Positions 35,064-45,168 of a stretch of DNA of 52,793 nucleotides are shown here, piece after piece; position 1 is the first letter of the stretch; the number at the start of each line of letters is the position of its first letter. The position numbers and the translations under genes are program-made. Under the pieces are notes generated by a model. It was not told where the DNA came from and made no database searches. It saw nothing but the letters and a program-made list of their open reading frames with translations. The DNA comes from a virus, in the UHGV virus genome UHGV-0114819, one strand, 5' to 3'.

Positions 35064-36292
35064 TTTACATCACCTTTCGCATTAAGATATCTTTGTGCTG
35101 CTTTTGCTGATCTCACAGCCTGTGACCTATCCCACTGTGCTACCCGTAGGCGTTCCGAATATTCTTTAAGACCATTATCTTTGCAGAACTCACGGTATTG
35201 CTTATTCTGCCGTCTGAGTACCGCTGATTTGCGGTCATACATCTGTTGCAATTCGAATTTAAGCTTGTCATCTCCGCTTGCATCTATAGCAGTCTGCAAA
35301 TTCTGAATCTCTCTCTTGCTGTTGCGAATGCGTCTTTCTATAAGCCGTTGCTTTTTCGCACGCTCTTCCGCTTTGATATTGTCTTCACTCGACAAGTTAA
35401 TATCTGCATATGGATTGTTTTCACCGTCACCTGATCCGAAAGAGTGTCGGCAGTTCACGCCACACAACCCTGTCACCGTTCCGTAGCCTGTTGATGTTCG
35501 GAAGTCCGGGAACCTCTTGTCTTTGCCTGTACGGGAATAGAATTTTCCTTGCCACCAAAAGTGGTTCGTTGGATTGGTACCGCCATCACCAATTCGCGCA
35601 CCCACATGTGCAGATACTAAGATGGTATCCCATTCCAATTCTTCCATTCGTTTTAGCGCGATTGCTCCGGCACACTGGCTTATCCCTGTGCGGACAGTCA
35701 TCATAGTAGCTGATTCAATGCTCATTTCTCTACCGGACGGATACGATACTTTAACACCTTGCTTTATCATCCTGTCAACAGCATTTCTGACAGCTTGTGT
35801 GTATGATACGGCACCGCTTGATGCCATGCGGTAAGCATTGTCCACCTCTTTTAAAAACAACTTCTGTGCTTCATCTGCAGTTGTTCGTGTAAGGTTTCTC
35901 CATTCTCCGCACGTAGCGTTATAATCTCTTTCCAGTATTCTTAGTAATGCCGGAGATTGCAATAAGGGCGTAGGTGATAGTCCTACCGCCCTATATATCG
36001 CATCGTCTCTCTCGATAGCTTTTATACCGGCTTCTTCAAATGCGCTTTTAAGTTCTCTCTCTTGCTTTTTCGTTTTGTCAGCAATCTCTTTTTGTATGTC
36101 TTCCAGTAAGTATCCGGATTCTTGCAACACCTGTATTTGCCACCTGTCCGTAGCCGTAAGGAGATAATCTTCTCCACGACCTATACGTACCATTATGCGC
36201 TCAACGATCATGTCCATGATGTTCTTGTGCATGTCCGACGTTATCTTTTCCGCACCCTCTGTCACATGGAAGAGATATTCCGGTGTAAGCAT
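35060..36292 (-). CDS. minor capsid protein (Phage_min_cap2-like)
   Basis: MLTPEYL...VSAHVGAR...H.WWQGK.Y...GLCGVNCRHSF. Confidence 0.88.
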   Translation of the reverse strand: MLTPEYLFHVTEGAEKITSDMHKNIMDMIVERIMVRIGRGEDYLLTATDRWQIQVLQESGYLLEDIQKEIADKTKKQERELKSAFEEAGIKAIERDDAIYRAVGLSPTPLLQSPALLRILERDYNATCGEWRNLTRTTADEAQKLFLKEVDNAYRMASSGAVSYTQAVRNAVDRMIKQGVKVSYPSGREMSIESATMMTVRTGISQCAGAIALKRMEELEWDTILVSAHVGARIGDGGTNPTNHFWWQGKFYSRTGKDKRFPDFRTSTGYGTVTGLCGVNCRHSFGSGDGENNPYADINLSSEDNIKAEERAKKQRLIERRIRNSKREIQNLQTAIDASGDDKLKFELQQMYDRKSAVLRRQNKQYREFCKDNGLKEYSERLRVAQWDRSQAVRSAKAAQRYLNAKGDVK

Positions 36293-36375
36293 TACTTACC
36301 CTTTCCATCTGGCCATGCAAGAAGAATTAAGAAGAACACACAAACCACAATAATATTAATAGTACTTGTTGCCAT
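36292..36375 (-). CDS. 27-aa single-TM peptide
   Basis: MATSTINIIVVCVFFLILLAWPDGKGK; GAGGGG RBS. Confidence 0.5.
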   Translation of the reverse strand: MATSTINIIVVCVFFLILLAWPDGKGK

Positions 36376-36377
36376 CT

Positions 36378-36605
36378 TTATTCCCCCTCTACTTCTGGAA
36401 TACCGGCCACAGATGTAAGCAAGCTTGCTACTCCGGCTACGGCTGTTACTCCGATTGCATATTTCCAGTCAATTTCATAGATTCCTTTTCCTACAATCAC
36501 AAATCCAAGTGCTGTCTGTGCCATCGTCTTAACGCATCTTATGCCTGTTGCTTTCAGCCATTTAACAGTGTTTACATTTGGTTTCAATACACAATTTTTA
36601 AACAT
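36378..36605 (-). CDS. r1t-type holin
   Basis: WLKATGIRCVKTMAQTA...IDWKY...AGVASLLTSVAGIPEV. Confidence 0.85.
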   Translation of the reverse strand: MFKNCVLKPNVNTVKWLKATGIRCVKTMAQTALGFVIVGKGIYEIDWKYAIGVTAVAGVASLLTSVAGIPEVEGE

Positions 36606-36656
36606 AATATCACTCCTTTTCTTAAGTTTACGAAAGAATAATGTATGTGTTGTACC

Positions 36657-38054
36657 CTATTCTTCTTCAAACAATCCGCTGTCCGGCTTGTTCTGTTTCT
36701 GTGCTTCTTTTATCATTGCTTTCGCTTCTTGCTCTGTCATTCCCTCGAATTTTTCAAAATACATCCATGCCGGAACCTTGCCCTGTACCACATAGTTCCA
36801 CCACCGTGCACGATCATCCTCTAAGTTGTATACAAGGTCTTCAAAATCGCATGCAGTTTGGTAGTTCGTTGCCGGAATAGTTCCGTTTGCTGTGCCGACT
36901 GCATACAGGATATAGATGATTCTGTGCAGTACTCCATCATGGTTCTTTCCGTCCAAAATGTTTCGGAATGCCTGGATGGTATGCAGTGTACGTCTATCGT
37001 CAGATTCTACCTGTGTTGCTGTCTGTATGCCTTGATTCTGGTCGAAAGAGAAATATCCATTTGAGAATCCGCATTTGTATCCGATGATGGACAGGTAAAA
37101 GTTAATAGCACTCACTCTATCTGTTACAAGTAGAGTAGGCACATGTTCATGAATGGTATTGTCTTCATTTATTCCTTGCTCCAATCCGCTCACAAATCTT
37201 GGTAGTTCAATCCCCTGTGCGTTTGCGAATTGTATAGCAGACTGTGACACAAATGTCATGTGCTGACTGTCTTCCTGTTCGTCTCCCATCTTGCTAAGAG
37301 CAATATCCAACCACCTCAATTCTTCGATGCATTCCGAAAATGCCGGAACAGTCAGTGGAGATTCCTTGTCAATTGCATTTGCGTAAGGATTTCGCCAGTA
37401 GACAAACAGCGGATATTCTAACCCATGTACGTACACTTCCGGCTCAATATCTTTCCACTCATCTACCCTGTCAAGCGTGATCTCTGTACCAATCATATCT
37501 TTGTTGTCTGATTTATAGGCCTTGCTGGATATATGGTATACACGTTCCAGTCCGACATCTTCAAATCTGTGATACTCTGCTTTCGTGTAGTATTTGTCGT
37601 TTTTCTTTAGGTATGAGAAAAAGATAGCTGCTAACGCATCCCCGTCCGTGTTGGTGTCTGTAATCAGAAAGTAATCCGGATCCAAAAACTCCACATCGTC
37701 ACCATTGCTCTTGACCATCATTCCACAGGTCGCACAGCTTTCCTCTTGTTTCTCCTGTAACGTGTTCATTACTCTGTCAAATCTCTTTTGCAGTTCGTTA
37801 TTCCCTGTAATCTTGATATCCGTATTAAACAGTGTGAGGTTCGCTATCTCACGACAGATCACATTCGAAAACCTTGTCGGCTTTATCTTTCCACTGGCAC
37901 ACCACTTTGGCACACCAGATCTCATGCTTTTATACAGCGACAGGGCGGTATCCATATCAGAAGACCGCCCTGTTTCAATTCCGAATATGTTTTTAGCGTC
38001 ATTTACTTTAACCATTTTATTCCATACCGCCTTAATCTTTTCTATCAGTCTCAT
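36657..38054 (-). CDS. portal protein (A118/SPP1-like)
   Basis: 465 aa after TerL; CGFSNGYFSFD...QTATQVES. Confidence 0.85.
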   Translation of the reverse strand: MRLIEKIKAVWNKMVKVNDAKNIFGIETGRSSDMDTALSLYKSMRSGVPKWCASGKIKPTRFSNVICREIANLTLFNTDIKITGNNELQKRFDRVMNTLQEKQEESCATCGMMVKSNGDDVEFLDPDYFLITDTNTDGDALAAIFFSYLKKNDKYYTKAEYHRFEDVGLERVYHISSKAYKSDNKDMIGTEITLDRVDEWKDIEPEVYVHGLEYPLFVYWRNPYANAIDKESPLTVPAFSECIEELRWLDIALSKMGDEQEDSQHMTFVSQSAIQFANAQGIELPRFVSGLEQGINEDNTIHEHVPTLLVTDRVSAINFYLSIIGYKCGFSNGYFSFDQNQGIQTATQVESDDRRTLHTIQAFRNILDGKNHDGVLHRIIYILYAVGTANGTIPATNYQTACDFEDLVYNLEDDRARWWNYVVQGKVPAWMYFEKFEGMTEQEAKAMIKEAQKQNKPDSGLFEEE

Positions 38055-38066
38055 TGTTTCACTCCA

Positions 38067-39389
38067 TTAATATTGCCATCTTAAGCGTCTTCTTAAGAAT
38101 GTGTAGCAGAAATACCTTGTATCATCCATAGCGTGGTCATTTTCTTTAATAACGGCATCCTCACTCTTTTCTTCATCCCATCGGTACATACCGAATTCGT
38201 TAATACAGTCTTTACAGTCTTCGTATATCTTAAGCATGCCTTTGTTTAGCATGGTTGTAACCACACGGATACCGTCAAGCACATCATTATCTGCTTTCTT
38301 TACTGTATATTCTCCATACTTCTTAATGACTTCGATGAACGATGCAGCGGACGGGTCTATGATGATGCAATACACCTTTCTATCACCTATCAGTTCTTTC
38401 AGCATCTTATAATATGCTTCATCATCCACTCGTTTACCGGTCTCACGACTGTTATAATACACTTCTGCTTCTCTCTGTGCCGTTCGCCCATTGAACGCCC
38501 ACAGTCCGGCAGAGAACGGATTGACTGTACCGTAGTCAATAGATACGATGTATTCTTTCACTCCTGTCATGTGTTCGTGTGCTACGTGCTTCGATTCGTC
38601 AAACATCTGATAGACAAGTCCCTCGGCCACGCACCACAATCCTAAGATATACCGTTTGAAGAACACACCTACATACATGCTTCGGTATCTTTTCTTAATT
38701 GCTTCAGACAGAGACAGGTTATCATCCATCGTAAAATGCAGATACAAGATATTCTTCTGATCGCACTTATCAATCCAGTTGACTTTGAACCAGTGTCGAG
38801 GTCCGTCCGGGTTGCAGTTGAACCAGTATTTAGACCCTGTCACTGAGCAACGTCCTGTTGCCTGGTTGACAAACGATTCCGGCATTAATGCTACTTCGTC
38901 AAAAAACATTCCGGCAAGTGTGATTCCCTGTATCAAGTCCTGAGAACGTTCATCTTTACCACCGAATATATAGAAGAAGTTCTGCACATTTCCCTTGCTG
39001 ACCACAATAAGGTTGTCTGACCGATGGTCTACCACCGTATATCCACGGCTTTTTAACATCAGTTTCAACCAGAACAGCACATTACGCCGAAATGATCCGA
39101 TAGTCTTTCCGGCCATGCCGAAATTCTGTTGATTGAATGTACTCATTGCCCACAGAACATAAGATAGTGACATACACAGTGTCTTACCGCTTCGGATAGC
39201 TCCGTCAGCTATGATTCCCTCTTTGTTCTTTACAGGACTGGATTCACACCACCAGGTAAGTACTTTCTTCTGCTTAACAGAAAAAGGCTTGAACTCAAAC
39301 CCTTGCTTCTTAGCCTTTTCTTTCATGGCAACTGCATGCTTCATAATGCTTTGCCGGATGTTTTGTATTCTGTTCTCAATATTACTCAT
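38067..39389 (-). CDS. terL: terminase large subunit (PBSX-like)
   Basis: Walker A DGAIRSGKT, Walker B FFDEVALM, SIDYG nuclease motif, NDHAMDDTRY. Confidence 0.95.
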   Translation of the reverse strand: MSNIENRIQNIRQSIMKHAVAMKEKAKKQGFEFKPFSVKQKKVLTWWCESSPVKNKEGIIADGAIRSGKTLCMSLSYVLWAMSTFNQQNFGMAGKTIGSFRRNVLFWLKLMLKSRGYTVVDHRSDNLIVVSKGNVQNFFYIFGGKDERSQDLIQGITLAGMFFDEVALMPESFVNQATGRCSVTGSKYWFNCNPDGPRHWFKVNWIDKCDQKNILYLHFTMDDNLSLSEAIKKRYRSMYVGVFFKRYILGLWCVAEGLVYQMFDESKHVAHEHMTGVKEYIVSIDYGTVNPFSAGLWAFNGRTAQREAEVYYNSRETGKRVDDEAYYKMLKELIGDRKVYCIIIDPSAASFIEVIKKYGEYTVKKADNDVLDGIRVVTTMLNKGMLKIYEDCKDCINEFGMYRWDEEKSEDAVIKENDHAMDDTRYFCYTFLRRRLRWQY

Positions 39390-39846
39390 CCGTCCATACC
39401 TCGCTCGCTGTTGCATTTAAGGCATCCAAGAAGTTGTCAGTGCTTTCTTCCTCTGGTGTAGAATCTTTGTATTGTGCTTCTAATTTGGCAAGTTCGATAT
39501 TCATTCGTCTATCGTCCATATTGCGTTTGAGTAATTCTTGTGCACACCTTGTGCGTTCGGATAATGGAGCGTCTAAGTCGAACTGATCTTTCACTTCTCC
39601 GCGCATGACAGATGTAAGATACTGCATAACTTCCGTGATATCTGCGATACGAGCATCCTCTATTTGTTTCTGTCGTCTCTGTATATATTCCAAAACGACA
39701 GGTTTTTTCATATTCTCCGCTCCGGCTTGTCTCGCCGTCTTCTTACTATATCCGGCTCTCTTTGCAGCTTCTGTCTGATTCCCGCACTTTAAGAATTCAT
39801 CAGCAAACGCTTTCTGTTTCGGAGTAGGTTCTTTCCCTTTCGGCAT
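39382..39846 (-). CDS. terS: terminase small subunit
   Basis: TPKQKAFADEFL.CGNQTEAAKRAGYSKKTA. Confidence 0.92.
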   Translation of the reverse strand: MPKGKEPTPKQKAFADEFLKCGNQTEAAKRAGYSKKTARQAGAENMKKPVVLEYIQRRQKQIEDARIADITEVMQYLTSVMRGEVKDQFDLDAPLSERTRCAQELLKRNMDDRRMNIELAKLEAQYKDSTPEEESTDNFLDALNATASEVWTDE

Positions 39847-39877
39847 CTACCCACCCTCTTCCATATATCCATCCATG

Positions 39878-40198
39878 CTACTCACCGCCTTTACCTGTTC
39901 TACACAGTCTCTTTCTAAGGTTGCTGTACCTGTCTGTAATAACATCCAGTGCAATGTTAAGTGCTTGTATCGTTTCATTCTGTCTGTTGTGTTCTTCTAC
40001 CAGTCTCTTATTCTTTGCAATAAGTTCCTGTACTTCGCACAGCGCCCGTTCTCCGACAGCCTTTGCGTTTTCTACCTCTTTTTGCAGATACTCATTCTTT
40101 TCTTTCAGCTTTTCGTTCTTTGTAATCATGTCACTGAGTTTCTTCTGCATTTCTTCTTTAATCATGTTTTCTGTTTCTTCCGCATAAGTCTCAATCAT
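39878..40198 (-). CDS. coiled-coil hypothetical protein
   Basis: GGAGGG/GGTG RBS before MIETY. Confidence 0.6.
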   Translation of the reverse strand: MIETYAEETENMIKEEMQKKLSDMITKNEKLKEKNEYLQKEVENAKAVGERALCEVQELIAKNKRLVEEHNRQNETIQALNIALDVITDRYSNLRKRLCRTGKGGE

Positions 40199-40452
40199 TC
40201 TTTCACCGCCCTCCATATATCGTTTAAACAATTTACAATCTCTATCTGTGATGCTGTTCGGATAATTTCATAGTCATAATATTTCCATTTCCTGTTTTTC
40301 TTTCGCTCTAATACTCTGGTAGATAGGATGTACATGGTGATAAGTCTATTTTGCTCCACGGAATAAAACTGGCTTGTCCCCATCTTTATAACTAATCCTT
40401 TTTGCAGTATTGCTTTCTGTAACTTTTTAGCAATGCTATTTAGATTTGCCAT
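40195..40452 (-). CDS. hypothetical protein
   Basis: KLQKAI...QFYSVEQNRLITMY; upstream of terS. Confidence 0.65.
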   Translation of the reverse strand: MANLNSIAKKLQKAILQKGLVIKMGTSQFYSVEQNRLITMYILSTRVLERKKNRKWKYYDYEIIRTASQIEIVNCLNDIWRAVKE

Positions 40453-40458
40453 GCTTAT

Positions 40459-40945
40459 CTACCTCCCGGCATTAAACCATGCATCAAAATTCTTCATTCT
40501 TCTTTTCCTTGCCCGGTCATAAGTGGTTGTTGTCCGGCTTGCATCATGCATAGCACTTGTATCCCCTTTCTCTATCTTTCGGTTAAACTCATGCATCTTA
40601 TCCTGTGCCTTATTACTTGCTGTCAAAAGATTTCTATACTCTTTTGCAAGTCTCTGGTTCTTGTACAGTGCATCCGCACTTCCAAGCTTTGCTATCTTTC
40701 TTTTCGTTTCATTTAATCTGTCTCTATAATATTCGCTTATTCTTTTTGCTTCTTTTTTGTCCTTGACAGAATCAATAAACTCTATGTTTCCGCTCTGCGC
40801 CGTTTTTTCCAGTTTGACATCTTTCTTAACTGTTCCGCTCCCACGTAATGCGTCACTTTTCTTGGACGCATTGTAGAATATCCTCGCCGCCCCCCTTGGC
40901 CACAGGGGTTCCGCTTATCGCACTTGCGCTACCTCTACCGCCCAT
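40459..40945 (-). pseudogene. MGGRG-start protein interrupted by +1 frameshift in a G6 tract
   Basis: 487 nt = 162 codons + 1; deleting one G at 40890-40895 restores a 161-aa ORF ending NFDAWFNAGR. Confidence 0.75.
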
Positions 40946-40946
40946 T

Positions 40947-41576
40947 TTATTTACCTCTTTTCCTTTCCGTCAGTTCTTCTCCGAACGACTTAATCTTTAC
41001 AATGTTCCCTGTGCACTCTTCCGGCACCTGTCCATAAAATAGTACTGTCTCAGGTTCCAATCTTCTCAGCATCTCGTCATATCCATTTAAGAATAACGCT
41101 TTCCGTTCCTTACTATTCATTACTCCAACACTGGATACTGCTACCACACCGCCTGCCGGCTCACCGTCAAAGCACCACTCAAACGATTCTCTGTCACTCC
41201 AACTGATTGTAGGTATCACGTCAATACCGTACATCTGCATATATGCACCTATCCAGTGTTTGCGGAAGTGGTTGTAAATCTGTAATGCTTTTGGAAAATC
41301 AGTATAAGTGCTGAAATCCGGTGACATGATAAATCGAAACTGTGAAAGCATATTGATGTAAGTATCCGGCCTATTCCATAATCTTTGAAATTGGTAATCG
41401 TCAAGAAAGAAATGCACGCCTTTCCCGGCTCTGTCTTTGCATGTCTTAGCTTGGTTGAATCCAATAAACTCGCACGGTTCATACTTTGTAGGTTGTATCT
41501 CTGGTATTCCGAACTCATTTACAATGTCGAATATCATTCGTTGCTGATTCTCATAATTCATATTTTCTTTATACAT
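40947..41576 (-). CDS. DUF4417 family protein
   Basis: VHFFLDDYQFQRLW...SPDFSTYTD.P.ALQIYNH.R.HW.GAY.Q..GI.VIPTISW. Confidence 0.85.
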   Translation of the reverse strand: MYKENMNYENQQRMIFDIVNEFGIPEIQPTKYEPCEFIGFNQAKTCKDRAGKGVHFFLDDYQFQRLWNRPDTYINMLSQFRFIMSPDFSTYTDFPKALQIYNHFRKHWIGAYMQMYGIDVIPTISWSDRESFEWCFDGEPAGGVVAVSSVGVMNSKERKALFLNGYDEMLRRLEPETVLFYGQVPEECTGNIVKIKSFGEELTERKRGK

Positions 41577-41927
41577 AAAAATAGCACCTCCCACGATAAT
41601 TACATCTTACCGTCAGAAGTGCTATTTCATTGTCCCCGTTATTTAGTTTTATTACTGTTTTGATACTTATATTTTACCATAAAACATGCTGTTTTTCAAC
41701 TTTTACAGAATTGGACTGTATATAAGTTTTTTATATCGTTTACTAATCAGGCAAAAAAATAAAAGATTTCAATTATTTTCAAAATCTTTTTCTCTTAATC
41801 TATATATTTATATTTTCAACTACCGTCTTTATTTTTCTTAATCATATAATAGAATCTTGGTCTTTTCTTCCTTTTCTCCACTTCCTACCGCTGTTGGGAT
41901 GATGGTTGGAACACGAGAAAGTACCTA

Positions 41928-43283
41928 TTAATATATGCTAAAATGTATGTCTATGTCATCTCCTGTGATAACTACCTTTTCAACACACTCTTTTAGCACT
42001 TTATTTTTCTCGGAATCCGTCAGTGTATCCCACACGTTGGACATCTCTTTTATTTTCTCTATTTTTTCTCCCCGTCCGGCTTTCTCCCGTATGTCTTCTG
42101 CCTTTAATTCTTCCCGTAGGTTTTTCAGTGTTTTTTCTTCTGCTTGGATGACATCTAAAAGTGTATCAGTGCCGGAGTTACCGCTTGCGTACAATGTGTA
42201 TAGGCGTTTCAGTTTTGCTTCGCTTAGTGATATCTCTTTTTCTATCATCTTCCGAGTGCTTTCAGATTCATTCTCTTTTTCTTCTACATTAACGATGAAT
42301 CGTTTAAAACAGTCCTCTACTTCTTTTTCTACCACATCTGCCCGCACTTTTTTATTCTTGCAAGGGTTACCTGTCTTAGATATATGCTCTTTTCCCTTGT
42401 ACTGTGAGTAACATACTATCTTGGTGTACTTTCCCCACTTCTGCATCCGCATTTTAGTACCGCATTTTCCACAGTAGCACAACCCGGTAAGCATATACTT
42501 GTTGCTCACATAAGCATTTGTGGATCTCTTTTTTATCTCTTCCTGTACTTCGTAAAAAAGTTTTTCGTCTATGATCGGTTCATGCAAGCCTTGGTATGTT
42601 TTCCCTTTATATTGTATTTTACCTACATAGGCTATTCGCCTAATGATGTTAGACACGAGCTTCTCCGAATGCATCCCGAGAATTTTTTGAATCCTATCAC
42701 ACGAATATCCGTCCCGGAACATCTGGAAGATAGCTTTTACCTTTTCCGCTTCTTCCGGGATGATATGTAATATCCCATCGTTCCTGTCGTACCTATATCC
42801 GTAAGGTATTGTACCGCCACCCATCCACAGTCCACGCTTTACACGTTCCACCATACCGGCTCTTGTACGCATATAGATAACCTCACGCTCATACTGCCCC
42901 ATCACAGCATTAACACCCAACATCACACGATCCATCGGTGTTTCGTTCCGCAAATCCTCTGTGGCTGATACCACCTCTACATTGTATTTTGGTAAGAGCT
43001 TACTCACAAGCGTAAGAGTATCTACAACATCACGGCTCATTCTGTCAAGCTTATAGATGTATACTGCCTGTATTTCTCCGGCTTCTGCATCTTCCAGAAG
43101 TTTCTGTATGTTCGGTCTTTGGATATTGCTCCCGGAATATCCCCCGTCCACATACCATCTGGCTATCTTCACGCCCCTTTTCTTGGCAAGTTCCTTTATC
43201 TTGTCTTCTTGGACATCAAGACCATACTTTTCGGTCTGTGCTTCTGTAGACACTCTCATATAACCTACATTTAATTTTTTCAT
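41928..43283 (-). CDS. int: large serine recombinase (integrase)
   Basis: YMRVST catalytic Ser, DGGYSG, YKLDRMSR, recombinase domain, CxxC Zn ribbon, coiled coil. Confidence 0.95.
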   Translation of the reverse strand: MKKLNVGYMRVSTEAQTEKYGLDVQEDKIKELAKKRGVKIARWYVDGGYSGSNIQRPNIQKLLEDAEAGEIQAVYIYKLDRMSRDVVDTLTLVSKLLPKYNVEVVSATEDLRNETPMDRVMLGVNAVMGQYEREVIYMRTRAGMVERVKRGLWMGGGTIPYGYRYDRNDGILHIIPEEAEKVKAIFQMFRDGYSCDRIQKILGMHSEKLVSNIIRRIAYVGKIQYKGKTYQGLHEPIIDEKLFYEVQEEIKKRSTNAYVSNKYMLTGLCYCGKCGTKMRMQKWGKYTKIVCYSQYKGKEHISKTGNPCKNKKVRADVVEKEVEDCFKRFIVNVEEKENESESTRKMIEKEISLSEAKLKRLYTLYASGNSGTDTLLDVIQAEEKTLKNLREELKAEDIREKAGRGEKIEKIKEMSNVWDTLTDSEKNKVLKECVEKVVITGDDIDIHFSIY

Positions 43284-43307
43284 GTCAATTCTCCTTTCAA
43301 TTAAAAA

Positions 43308-43364
43308 AGAATTGACCAAGATTCTATCAAGGTCAATTCTAAAATATCACTTATTTTTTGTCAA
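43308..43364 (-). promoter_or_regulatory. integrase promoter overlapping an inverted repeat
   Basis: TTGACA(43364-43359)-17-TAGAAT(43341-43336); IR AGAATTGACC...GGTCAATTCT 43308-43340. Confidence 0.7.
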
Positions 43365-43469
43365 CTTTTCTGAAAGAATCCTTTTTACCGCCTTGTTATG
43401 GATTTCATATTTGGAAAGTTCTTCTTTTGTCACCTGTTTGCCGTTCACAAAGATTCTTACCATCCGCAT
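43347..43469 (-). CDS. 40-aa protein upstream of integrase (candidate recombination directionality factor)
   Basis: MRMVRIFVNGKQVTKEELSKYEI; AAGGAGTG RBS; function inferred from position only. Confidence 0.5.
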   Translation of the reverse strand: MRMVRIFVNGKQVTKEELSKYEIHNKAVKRILSEKLTKNK

Positions 43470-43852
43470 CACTCCTTTTCGGTAGTATTCCCGTGCTTGT
43501 GTCTTTTTATTCCGAATAGCCTTTCTGCCATCTTTCCATCGTCATGTTCCCCCCAAAGTATCCATCTGTACATTTCATCCAAGACTTTCCTCCGATATCC
43601 CTGGAAGTCTTTTCTTGCAATCGGTATCCAGTATCTTTTGCTTATATAGTCATATCCGATTCCTGTTATAAGTGAGAAGAACAATATGCCCGACAAGTCA
43701 TTGTTCGCATTTTGACACCATTTCAGTAATTCAAGCTGATCGTTTCCACGCATCCTCTGGCATTCATTCAACATCTTCTTTTCGTCTTCTTCGCTTATAT
43801 AGTAGATGTCTTTATGTGCCCCTCTCAGATATTTGTCTCTTACTCCGGCCAT
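43469..43852 (-). CDS. putative late transcriptional activator (ArpU/RinA-like position)
   Basis: GIGYDYI...IPIARKDFQGYRRKVL HTH-like C-terminus; end of early operon. Confidence 0.5.
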   Translation of the reverse strand: MAGVRDKYLRGAHKDIYYISEEDEKKMLNECQRMRGNDQLELLKWCQNANNDLSGILFFSLITGIGYDYISKRYWIPIARKDFQGYRRKVLDEMYRWILWGEHDDGKMAERLFGIKRHKHGNTTEKE

Positions 43853-43991
43853 TAATTAATCCCTTCCTTTTCGCATACCCTAATACATCACTTTTGACCA
43901 AATAGTAGTTTTTCTTTCTTTTTACCGTCTTCTCCTTTGTTTTTTCTTCCAATGCATTCATCATTAAGCGCATCCTCTAAAGTCTTTTTCT

Positions 43992-44453
43992 CTATTCATA
44001 ACTGTCCACCACCTCTAACTTCTTCAAGTCCTCGATAAGCCACGGTTCGGAATCTGACCATTTGATCATTGGGAAATCCAACTTAAAGAATTCTAAGCTT
44101 TTGTTTGGTTCAACCCCACAGCTTCCCCAGCAGTCAATAAGTTTATGTGGTTTTATGACATAAATGAACAACCCACCATTCATATCTCTAGTTATATATT
44201 TTATTCCTTTGCCAATACACTCCAAAAACGCTCTATCCCTCTTGCTTATCACTGGCTTTTCAATGTACTCTGATTCTGCCCATTCTTTTAAGCGTTCTTT
44301 TCTAAAACATAAAAAATCATTATAACGATCACAGTCTTCACAACTGTTATTTTCACAACCGATCGGCTTTCCAGTCACTTTACTGACAGCAACTACATTC
44401 CCACTGCAAGCAATCTCAATAATCTCTTTTGCATACTTCTCTTTATTCTTCAT
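43992..44453 (-). CDS. hypothetical phage protein
   Basis: MKNKEKYAKEIIEIAC...EWAESEY...FPMIKWSDSEPW. Confidence 0.65.
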   Translation of the reverse strand: MKNKEKYAKEIIEIACSGNVVAVSKVTGKPIGCENNSCEDCDRYNDFLCFRKERLKEWAESEYIEKPVISKRDRAFLECIGKGIKYITRDMNGGLFIYVIKPHKLIDCWGSCGVEPNKSLEFFKLDFPMIKWSDSEPWLIEDLKKLEVVDSYE

Positions 44454-44757
44454 CTCTTCCACCTCGTTTCACAATTTCAATTGCCTTATCAAGCGCAAGC
44501 CTATCACTCATTTCGCCATCCCAACAGGTCTTGAAATATTTGCAATGTCCACAATCTTCTCTTGCACAAGCGCCATTTTCTTTGATGGATTCAATGCGTT
44601 TGATAACCTTATTCGTGTCATAGGCTGTCGGACTTCCAACTATGTATCCTATCGCAAGGCTCATTCCCTCTATAACATCCAGATTGTATTGGTATTTCAT
44701 ACGGTCCATATCAATTCTCATTCTTCTTATAAGCTTGTCCGCATCAATCAGTCTCAT
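44443..44757 (-). CDS. MRLIDAD-type hypothetical phage protein
   Basis: MRLIDADKL...PTAYD...KAIEIVKRGG. Confidence 0.65.
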   Translation of the reverse strand: MRLIDADKLIRRMRIDMDRMKYQYNLDVIEGMSLAIGYIVGSPTAYDTNKVIKRIESIKENGACAREDCGHCKYFKTCWDGEMSDRLALDKAIEIVKRGGRDEE

Positions 44758-44759
44758 AA

Positions 44760-45167
44760 TTACTCTTCCTCTCTGTAAGGTTCTGGCAACGGCATCCATG
44801 CAACACAGTTATACATTTCTTGTCCATCATCGCCATATGCCATATATCCAGCTTCGTCTTTACGCAGAAGTCCAACTAACATATTTCCTCTATCATCGCA
44901 ACAAAGTACGGTACCTTTTGGCTTTCTTTCATTACATGGAATCCAGTCGCTTTCTCTTTCTACTACCTCAAAATATTTCTTTCTATATTCAAGAGCAACG
45001 TCCAAATAATAAGAACTATACCCAATGTGATAGCATTTATCACCCACTTCTCTATACTTATTTTCGTAATATGGCTTGTCTCCGTGCATAGTCAATATGG
45101 TATCAATGCTCTCTACCTTTATCTTTTCCTGTTCTTTATTTTCTGCTGGTTCATATGTATTATCCAT
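44760..45167 (-). CDS. DUF551-domain protein
   Basis: WIPCNERKP...VAWMPLPEPY. Confidence 0.75.
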   Translation of the reverse strand: MDNTYEPAENKEQEKIKVESIDTILTMHGDKPYYENKYREVGDKCYHIGYSSYYLDVALEYRKKYFEVVERESDWIPCNERKPKGTVLCCDDRGNMLVGLLRKDEAGYMAYGDDGQEMYNCVAWMPLPEPYREEE

Positions 45168-45168
45168 G

